IMG/VR virus record: IMGVR_UViG_3300017909_000462 | Location: 1-24,314 of that record | Length of the DNA: 24,314 bases | Reading direction: 5' to 3' (one strand) | From: a virus | Lineage: Duplodnaviria; Caudoviricetes | Part shown: positions 1-6,180 of the stretch, in pieces | Layout: the number at the start of each line of letters is the position of its first letter | How positions within the stretch are numbered: position 1 is the first letter of the stretch | Translations under genes and position numbers: made by a program | The notes under the pieces: model-generated | Databases searched by the model: none | What the model saw: the letters and a program-made list of their open reading frames with translations, nothing else | Told to the model about the DNA's origin: nothing

Positions 1-1
1 G

Positions 2-589
2 ATAGGAGATATTGTTGAGGCTGTTTTTAAAGGGCTTCTTAAAGCTGCTAAAGTGGATTTTGAAGACACTGATAAAGTTAGCCTTCCAGTGGGAGATAGT
101 AATGATACTCACGTTTCTGGCTCTTATGATCTTGTCATAGATGGTGCTGTTGATGACGTGAAATCAGCATCGCCTTGGTCTTACGCAAACAAATTTGATT
201 CCTTTGATACATTGGCAGAGGGTGATGGGTTTGGTTATGTAGGACAACTTGCAGGTTATGCCAAAGCATCTGGCAAACGTGTAGGTGGATGGTGGGTCGT
301 GAACAAAGGCAATGGTGAGTTTAAATACGTACCTGCCGATGGTCTTGACCTAGACAAAGAACTTGATAAAATCAAGACAACAGTAGAAACTGTAAACGAC
401 AACGAGTTCAAACGTTGTTTCAGTCCAGTGCCAGAGTTCTTTCGTGGTAAACCCACAGGGAACAAGGTACTAAATGATAACTGTCGTTTCTGTGATTACA
501 GATACGAGTGTTGGCCCACAATGGTTGAAGAACCATCACGGGTATCAAAAGCAAAAGACCCCAAGACGGTGGCATACATAGAGGAATAA
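2..589 (+). CDS. Cas4-like PD-(D/E)XK exonuclease, 5'-truncated by the window edge
   Basis: The frame is open from base 2 (IGDIVEAVFKGLLKAAKVDFED...), so GTG at 53 is not the real start. It has a nuclease motif GSYDLVIDGAVDDVKS (D...D-x-K) and a C-terminal CRFCDYRYEC (C-x2-C-x5-C) typical of Cas4/AddB-like Fe-S nucleases. Confidence 0.8.
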   Translation: MGDIVEAVFKGLLKAAKVDFEDTDKVSLPVGDSNDTHVSGSYDLVIDGAVDDVKSASPWSYANKFDSFDTLAEGDGFGYVGQLAGYAKASGKRVGGWWVVNKGNGEFKYVPADGLDLDKELDKIKTTVETVNDNEFKRCFSPVPEFFRGKPTGNKVLNDNCRFCDYRYECWPTMVEEPSRVSKAKDPKTVAYIEE

Positions 590-591
590 AC

Positions 592-816
592 ATGATTGGA
601 ACTGATGAAATTCAAGAACTACAAGAGAACATCAAGGAGATGGAAAAAGAACTTGTAGAAAAAAAGAAAGCTTTACGAGAGGCTAAGTATGCAGGTCTAC
701 GTACTGCAATGCAAGCACGTAAGGAAGCAGATGAAGCTATTCGTCAAGAGCTAAAAGATTTAGGTGTACAACCTACATCGTTTGGTCAGCCATTTCATTA
801 TCACTGGAAGTTCTAG
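592..816 (+). CDS. Hypothetical coiled-coil phage protein (74 aa)
   Basis: GAGG RBS just upstream; E/K-rich helical sequence; its stop overlaps the next start (TAGTG). Confidence 0.7.
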   Translation: MIGTDEIQELQENIKEMEKELVEKKKALREAKYAGLRTAMQARKEADEAIRQELKDLGVQPTSFGQPFHYHWKF

Positions 817-1268
817 TGAATGGCAAGCAGTTTAAAGCTGCACTGAAGCATGGGTATAGGAGTGGTCTTGAAATCAAAGTCAAAGACTATTTGAAAGATA
901 AGAAAGTAAAATTCAAGTACGAAGCCATTAAGATCGAATGGGAAGACTTGATGTACCGCACCTATACTCCTGATTTTATATTGCAGAACGGTATCATCAT
1001 TGAAGTAAAAGGAAGGTTTACATCAGATGATAGACGTAAACACGTAGCAGTAAAGAAGCAACACCCAAACCTAGACATACGTTTTGTGTTTGAAAATAGT
1101 AGACGTAAGCTAAGTAAGGGAGCAAAGACTACATATGCTACATGGTGTGAGAGAAATAAATTCTTGTATGCAGATAGGGTTATTCCAGAGGAATGGTTAA
1201 ATGAAAAAGGTAAAGACAAACATCCAGACCTAATAGAGTTTCCTTACGAAAAAATAAAAAGGAGCTAA
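816..1268 (+). CDS. T7 gp3-like endonuclease I (Holliday junction resolvase)
   Basis: Motifs YRSGLE, YTPDF and IIIEVKGRF, plus DIRFVF and TTYATWC, as in the T7 endonuclease I family. Confidence 0.9.
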   Translation: MNGKQFKAALKHGYRSGLEIKVKDYLKDKKVKFKYEAIKIEWEDLMYRTYTPDFILQNGIIIEVKGRFTSDDRRKHVAVKKQHPNLDIRFVFENSRRKLSKGAKTTYATWCERNKFLYADRVIPEEWLNEKGKDKHPDLIEFPYEKIKRS

Positions 1269-1269
1269 C

Positions 1270-1575
1270 ATGACAGAAAAAACTTTTATAGACTTTGATC
1301 CGAATGACTTTATTGTACGTCTTTCACCAGACGTTGTAGACGGTAAATGGACAGGAGACTTAGACGTAGGCATGATTACTACGGACGATAATACTTTATC
1401 ATCGGAAGACTTTAGTCACTTACGCATGTTGACCGACATGCTAATATGTGCTATTCCTTTAATGGAACGAAACGCAGAGTTTCGCAGTCAGCTATTCTCT
1501 TTATTGGATGAGTCCCTTGAAGAGAAACCAAAGGTAACAAAACGTGAGGGCAATGTCCTTAACGTAAACTTTTAG
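1270..1575 (+). CDS. Hypothetical phage protein (101 aa)
   Basis: AGGAG RBS upstream; fills the space between neighbouring genes; no recognised motif. Confidence 0.7.
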   Translation: MTEKTFIDFDPNDFIVRLSPDVVDGKWTGDLDVGMITTDDNTLSSEDFSHLRMLTDMLICAIPLMERNAEFRSQLFSLLDESLEEKPKVTKREGNVLNVNF

Positions 1576-1588
1576 AAAGGAGATACGA

Positions 1589-1849
1589 ATGGCAGAGACA
1601 ATACGATTAACGGACGGTGACAGTACAATTACATTTGACGATCCTGTAAATAGTCCTAAACATTATAACCAAGCAGGTATCGAATGTATCAATGCCATTC
1701 GTGCTGCTACCGATGAAGGGTTTGAGTATTATCTACAGGGCAACATTATGAAATACTTGTGGAGATATAAATACAAGAATGGTTTAGAAGACCTGCACAA
1801 AGCCAAATGGTATTTGAATAAGCTAATAGAGGTGGTAGATGATAGTTAA
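1589..1849 (+). CDS. DUF3310 family protein (T7 gp1.7-related, putative nucleotide kinase)
   Basis: DPVNSPKHY...IECINAI...GNIMKYLWRYKYKNGLEDLHKAKWYL signature; AAGGAG RBS. Confidence 0.85.
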   Translation: MAETIRLTDGDSTITFDDPVNSPKHYNQAGIECINAIRAATDEGFEYYLQGNIMKYLWRYKYKNGLEDLHKAKWYLNKLIEVVDDS

Positions 1850-1997
1850 AGTATTTTTATCTTTACATATAGATGAAGAAGAATACCCAGTTCCTGTAGA
1901 TGGCGAAGTTGATGAAGAGATAGAGCAGAGTCTACAGGAATTTATTTATGACATTGACGGTATGTCAATCAAATCAATTAAAATAATAACGGAGTGA
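1839..1997 (+). CDS. Small acidic hypothetical protein (52 aa), absent from the ORF track
   Basis: ATG 1839 to TGA 1995-1997, translating as MIVKVFLSLHIDEEEYPVPVDGEVDEEIEQSLQEFIYDIDGMSIKSIKIITE. GAGGTGG RBS at 1829-1835; exactly fills the DUF3310-nrdJ gap. Confidence 0.75.
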   Translation: MIVKVFLSLHIDEEEYPVPVDGEVDEEIEQSLQEFIYDIDGMSIKSIKIITE

Positions 1998-1999
1998 AC

Positions 2000-3916
2000 A
2001 TGAACAATTATTTACCTACAGACTACCAATCGTTCATTCATACGTCACGGTATGCACGGTGGCTAGAAGATGAACAAAGACGTGAGACATGGCCTGAAAC
2101 TGTATCACGTTATATGGATAATATCGTAGTGCCTCTACTAGATGACACTGACGAAGGCCGTAAAGTATGGGCAGACATTGAGTCTGCAATTCTAAGCTTA
2201 GAGATCATGCCAAGCATGAGAGCTATGATGACTGCAGGTGCAGCAGCAGCACGTGATAACATTTGTATGTACAATTGTTCGTACATTCATGTGGATCACC
2301 CTTTTGCTTTTGATGAAGCAATGTTTGTGTTGTTGTGTGGTACAGGCGTAGGCTTCAGTGTTGAACGTCAGTTCGTAGCTAAGCTACCAGAAGTACCTCA
2401 GTTGTATGACAGTGAAACAACCATCGTAGTGAAGGACAGTAAAGAGGGTTGGGCTAAAGCTTACCGTCAGGTGTTGTCACTATTGTGGGCAGGAGAGATT
2501 CCTAAATGGAACGTAAGTAAAGTACGTCCTGCAGGTTCACGACTAAAGACATTCGGTGGACGTGCCAGTGGTCCTGCACCATTAGTTGATCTATTTAACT
2601 TTACGGTACAGACATTTAAGAATGCACAGGGACGTAAGCTATCTTCAATTGAATGCCATGACATCATGTGCTTTATTGGACAGATCGTTGTGGTTGGTGG
2701 TGTACGCCGTTCAGCAATGATCAGTCTGTCCAACCTAAGTGATGACCGTATGCGTCATGCTAAGTCAGGACAGTGGTGGAACGAAGCAGCCTATCGTGCA
2801 CTGGCAAACAACAGTGTGTCATACACTGAGAAGCCAGATGCAGAGACATTCATGCGTGAGTGGTTATCATTGGTTGAAAGTAAGTCAGGAGAACGTGGTG
2901 TATTCAATCGTCAAGCAAGTCAGAACCAAGCTAAGAAGTACGGCAGACGTGATCCTAACCATGAGTTCGGGACCAACCCGTGCAGTGAGATCATATTGCG
3001 ATCTGGGCAGGTGTGCAACCTTACAGAAATTGTTGTACGTGCAACTGATGATATTGAGACACTGGAACGGAAGGTACGCCTTGCAACAATTCTGGGTACA
3101 ATTCAATCCACATACACCAAGTTCCCATACTTGCGAAAACTGTGGCAGAAGAATACTGAGGAAGAAAGGTTGCTTGGCGTGTCTCTTACAGGGGTAATGG
3201 ACAACCCTCTAATGACACTAAAGAATAAGGGATTAGATGAAACACTTTCTCACCTACGTCAAGTGGCTGTTGATACTAATGCTGAGTGGGCTAATCGCCT
3301 TGGAATTAATGTTAGTACTGCTATTACTTGCAATAAACCTAGTGGAACTGTATCACAGTTGGTGGACTCCGCAAGTGGAATACATGCACGACACAACGGT
3401 TATTACATCAGAACCGTTAGAGGCGATAACAACGATCCCCTCACTACCATGATGAAAGATCAAGGTATTCCTGCAGAACCATGTGTGTTTAACCCTGATA
3501 CGACTACGGTTTTTAGCTTCCCTATGAAGTCACCTAACAAAGCAGTGACACGTAATGATATGTCAGCCATTGAACAGTTGGAAACATGGCTTGCATACCA
3601 ACGTCATTGGTGCGAACATAAACCATCCGTGACCTGCACAGTACGGGACAGTGAATGGTTAGCCGTAGGTGCATTTGTTTATGAGCACTTTGATGAAATG
3701 TCAGGTGTGTCATTCTTGCCACACTCAGATCATACATACCAACAAGCACCTTATCAGGATTGCACTGCTGACGAGTACAAGGCATTATTAAAACAGATGC
3801 CAGAAAAGATTGATTGGACTAAGCTATCTGCATATGAAAAAGAAGATGGTACAAGTTCAAGTCAAACATTTGCTTGCACTGGTGACGTGTGTGAGATTGT
3901 GGATATCGGAGCATAG
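2000..3916 (+). CDS. nrdJ: Class II (adenosylcobalamin-dependent) ribonucleotide reductase
   Basis: Motifs MPSMR, YNCSY, GTGVGFSVE, VVVGGVRRSA, catalytic GTNPCSEI, CNLTE, KPSGTVSQL and C-terminal CTGDVCE. No NrdB subunit is adjacent. ATG 2000 (GGAG at 1991-1994) is preferred to GTG 1994. Confidence 0.93.
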   Translation: MNNYLPTDYQSFIHTSRYARWLEDEQRRETWPETVSRYMDNIVVPLLDDTDEGRKVWADIESAILSLEIMPSMRAMMTAGAAAARDNICMYNCSYIHVDHPFAFDEAMFVLLCGTGVGFSVERQFVAKLPEVPQLYDSETTIVVKDSKEGWAKAYRQVLSLLWAGEIPKWNVSKVRPAGSRLKTFGGRASGPAPLVDLFNFTVQTFKNAQGRKLSSIECHDIMCFIGQIVVVGGVRRSAMISLSNLSDDRMRHAKSGQWWNEAAYRALANNSVSYTEKPDAETFMREWLSLVESKSGERGVFNRQASQNQAKKYGRRDPNHEFGTNPCSEIILRSGQVCNLTEIVVRATDDIETLERKVRLATILGTIQSTYTKFPYLRKLWQKNTEEERLLGVSLTGVMDNPLMTLKNKGLDETLSHLRQVAVDTNAEWANRLGINVSTAITCNKPSGTVSQLVDSASGIHARHNGYYIRTVRGDNNDPLTTMMKDQGIPAEPCVFNPDTTTVFSFPMKSPNKAVTRNDMSAIEQLETWLAYQRHWCEHKPSVTCTVRDSEWLAVGAFVYEHFDEMSGVSFLPHSDHTYQQAPYQDCTADEYKALLKQMPEKIDWTKLSAYEKEDGTSSSQTFACTGDVCEIVDIGA

Positions 3917-3947
3917 TCATAAAACTGTTACAAGTTTGTGGTATAAC
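3914..3947 (+). promoter_or_regulatory. Pho box (PhoB site) plus extended -10 promoter for pstS
   Basis: TAGTCAT-AAAA-CTGTTAC at 3914-3931 versus consensus CTGTCAT-A(A/T)A(T/A)-CTGT(C/A)A(C/T), then 10 bp to TATAAC (3942-3947) preceded by TG at 3939-3940. AAGGAG RBS at 3979-3984. Confidence 0.78.
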
Positions 3948-3991
3948 AAATCACGTGTCGTAATGGCACATTAATTAGAAGGAGATTATCT

Positions 3992-4942
3992 ATGAAAAAA
4001 CTAATAGCTATCTTGGTAGCAACTACCTTTGCAACTGCTACTACAGCACGTGACTATGTACACGTAGCAGGTTCATCTACTGTACTGCCTTATGCATCAA
4101 TCGTTGCAGAAGCATTCGGTGAGAACTTTGACTTCCCTACACCTGTAATTGAATCAGGGGGGTCTGGTGCAGGACGTAAACGTATGTGTGAAGGTGTCGG
4201 TCTGCATACAATTGATATTGCTAACTCTTCATCACTAATGAAAGACGATGAAGCTGCACGGTGCTCAGACAGTATTGGTGAGTTCACAAAGGTCCAGATT
4301 GGGTACGATGGTATTGTGTTTGCATCACGCCATGAAACAAAAGGATTTGAAGAGCTAACACCAATGCATGTATACCTAGCATTATCTAAATATTCAAATG
4401 CAACGAACTGGCAAGACGTTGATCCATCGTTCCCTGATCGTCCAATTAAGATGTATATTCCTGGTACTAAACATGGTACAAGAGAGGTCTTTGACAAAAA
4501 GGTTATGATTGAAGGATGCAAAGCAGCAGGTGCATATGATCTACACGGGAAAAAGGGATGTGTAAAGGTACGTACAGATGGTGTTTCAGTAGACATCGAC
4601 GGGGATTACACAGAGACACTAGCATCACTAGCAGCAAACCAAGAAGGTATTGGTGTTTTCGGACTGAGCTTCTTGCTCAACAACACAGACACAATTTATG
4701 CTGCAAAGGTGAACGGTGTAATGCCATCAACAGAAACAATTGCGAGTGGAGAGTATCCAGTTTCACGTCCATTGCAATTCTACGTTAAAAATGAACACTT
4801 AGGTCAGGTAAACGGGCTGCGTGAATACATCCAGTTCTTTGTGTCTGATGAGATTGCAGGTCCAGATGGACCACTAGCTGAATATGGATTGGTAAGTGAT
4901 CCTGAACTAGCTAAGACACAGGCTATGGTAGATGATCTGTAG
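3992..4942 (+). CDS. pstS: Phosphate ABC transporter periplasmic binding protein PstS (auxiliary metabolic gene)
   Basis: Sec signal peptide MKKLIAILVATTFATATTA; motifs AGSSTV, GGSGAG, IGYDGIV, GTREVF and YPVSRPL. By recall it resembles Rhodobacteraceae-type PstS. Confidence 0.9.
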   Translation: MKKLIAILVATTFATATTARDYVHVAGSSTVLPYASIVAEAFGENFDFPTPVIESGGSGAGRKRMCEGVGLHTIDIANSSSLMKDDEAARCSDSIGEFTKVQIGYDGIVFASRHETKGFEELTPMHVYLALSKYSNATNWQDVDPSFPDRPIKMYIPGTKHGTREVFDKKVMIEGCKAAGAYDLHGKKGCVKVRTDGVSVDIDGDYTETLASLAANQEGIGVFGLSFLLNNTDTIYAAKVNGVMPSTETIASGEYPVSRPLQFYVKNEHLGQVNGLREYIQFFVSDEIAGPDGPLAEYGLVSDPELAKTQAMVDDL

Positions 4943-5139
4943 TGAGAAGGGGCAGTGCTAAATCTATTGGCACTGTGCCATCACCCTGTGTAAAGGTCTG
5001 TCGGATTGGTAACGATGGACACTGCACAGGGTGCTATCGTACTATTGACGAGATACGTGATTGGTGTATAATGTCAGAGTACGAACAACAGAAACTTTTA
5101 TTTGAACTAATATGGAGAAAGGAGCATCGTAATGATTAA
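4942..5139 (+). CDS. DUF1289 family small cysteine-rich (predicted Fe-S) protein
   Basis: SPCVKVCRI...HCTGCYRTIDEIRDW signature. The GTG start overlaps the pstS stop; the exact start is uncertain. Confidence 0.8.
   Translation: MRRGSAKSIGTVPSPCVKVCRIGNDGHCTGCYRTIDEIRDWCIMSEYEQQKLLFELIWRKEHRND
4952..4976 (+). other. Stem-loop just after the pstS stop (possible mRNA 3' stabiliser)
   Basis: GCAGTGCTAA-ATCTA-TTGGCACTGT forms a 10-bp stem with two G-U pairs and has no U-tract. Confidence 0.4.
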
Positions 5140-5575
5140 GCATCCCTTTAACAAAACTTGGTATGACCAGTTTGATAACGTGGCAAAGAAAACCCTTGCG
5201 AAGTATTTACTAGGCAAGGGGCATGAAGTGAACGATGTCAAAGAAGATTACAATGTAGATGTAGTTTCAACTAAAGAGGACTACACCTACTTCAATGAGG
5301 CAGAAGTCAAACGTGCATGGAAAAGTGATTGGCCTACTGATTGGGCAGAGATACGTATTCCTGAACGCAAGAAACGTTTGGTTGAAATGTACAAAGAAAA
5401 GAACGGAGTACTTAACTTCTATGTGTTTCGTAATGATCTAAAGCAGGTGTTCCGAATCAAGGATACATCACTGACAGAGGATCGTTTGAAGGAAGCAAAG
5501 GGACGTTACATCCGTGCAGGTGAGAAGTTCTTTCACGTACCATATCAAGAAGCAGAATTAATTAACTTAGCATAA
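5132..5575 (+). CDS. Hypothetical protein, possible PD-(D/E)XK-fold nuclease
   Basis: AAGGAG RBS; overlaps the previous gene; VDVVS...NEAEVK resembles a D...E-x-K motif. Confidence 0.6.
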   Translation: MIKHPFNKTWYDQFDNVAKKTLAKYLLGKGHEVNDVKEDYNVDVVSTKEDYTYFNEAEVKRAWKSDWPTDWAEIRIPERKKRLVEMYKEKNGVLNFYVFRNDLKQVFRIKDTSLTEDRLKEAKGRYIRAGEKFFHVPYQEAELINLA

Positions 5576-5586
5576 GGAGAGTTTAC

Positions 5587-5814
5587 ATGGCACAAAAACA
5601 ACTAACTCGTAAGCAACGTGGTCTTGGCAAATATGATGCACCGTTAAAATTTCAACACGAGAAAGGCTACAAAGATTTTCGACATGGGCGTGTCGTTAAT
5701 CCATTCCACAAAGATACAATGCAGTATCGGGAATGGGAACGTGGGTTTAACAAAGCCTACTATGAGCAGTTGAAACGGGTGAAGGAGTATGAACAAGCTA
5801 CAGGACGAGGCTAG
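5587..5814 (+). CDS. Ribosome modulation factor (RMF)-like small protein
   Basis: AAGGAG RBS. LKFQHEKGYKDFRHGR..NPF....QYREWERGFNKA aligns by eye with E. coli RMF LERAHQRGYQAGIAGR..CPY...QRSQWLGGWREA. The CDS is confident; the family call is moderate. Confidence 0.55.
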   Translation: MAQKQLTRKQRGLGKYDAPLKFQHEKGYKDFRHGRVVNPFHKDTMQYREWERGFNKAYYEQLKRVKEYEQATGRG

Positions 5815-6154
5815 AGCATTTATGGAAAACAAATATGAGAACTTAAATTTCAGGTCTTATCAAGACATGGCGTCTGAAACTGCGGTCTATAAATCTGAAC
5901 ATCAAGTAATCTATCCTGCGTTGGGTCTAGCAGCAGAGGCAGGTGAGGTTGCAAACAAAGTCAAAAAGATTTTACGTGATGGGAAGTTTGATCGTGAAGC
6001 AATCGCAGATGAAGTGGGAGATTGTTTGTGGTACATTGCAGCACTGTGTCGTGATCTAAATGTAGACATGACAGAGCTTGCTAGAAATAACTTACGCAAG
6101 TTACATGACCGAAAGGCTAGGGGTGTACTGCAAGGGAGTGGTGACAAACGATAA
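5789..6154 (+). CDS. mazG: MazG-like nucleoside triphosphate pyrophosphohydrolase
   Basis: LGLAAEAGEVANKVKK and DEVGDCLWY (ExxE...ExxD) motifs; GSGDKR terminus typical of phage MazG. The start may instead be ATG 5822. Confidence 0.9.
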   Translation: MNKLQDEARAFMENKYENLNFRSYQDMASETAVYKSEHQVIYPALGLAAEAGEVANKVKKILRDGKFDREAIADEVGDCLWYIAALCRDLNVDMTELARNNLRKLHDRKARGVLQGSGDKR

Positions 6155-6180
6155 AAAAGAGGGGGCTGTAATGGCCCCCT
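6153..6180 (-). terminator. Rho-independent terminator between the convergent arms
   Basis: On the minus strand: AGGGGGC-CATTACA-GCCCCCT then CTTTTTTA. It fills the gap between the mazG stop and the 1227-aa gene stop. The + strand U-tract is weak. Confidence 0.88.

Noticed and set aside
2-589. Cas4-like nuclease as evidence of CRISPR-Cas
   Set aside because: No other cas gene or array is present; solo Cas4-like exonucleases are routine in phage replication modules.
1850-1999. Cobalamin riboswitch upstream of nrdJ
   Set aside because: The gap is filled by a 52-aa ORF and no B12-box-like sequence was seen.
1994-1999. GTG 1994 as the nrdJ start
   Set aside because: ATG 2000 has GGAG at a suitable spacing, and the GTG overlaps that RBS.
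256-6147. Minus-strand and alternate-frame ORFs over the + arm (e.g. 4090-4596, 2739-3197, 2467-2733)
   Set aside because: They lie within well-supported genes and have no recognisable motifs; they are shadow ORFs.
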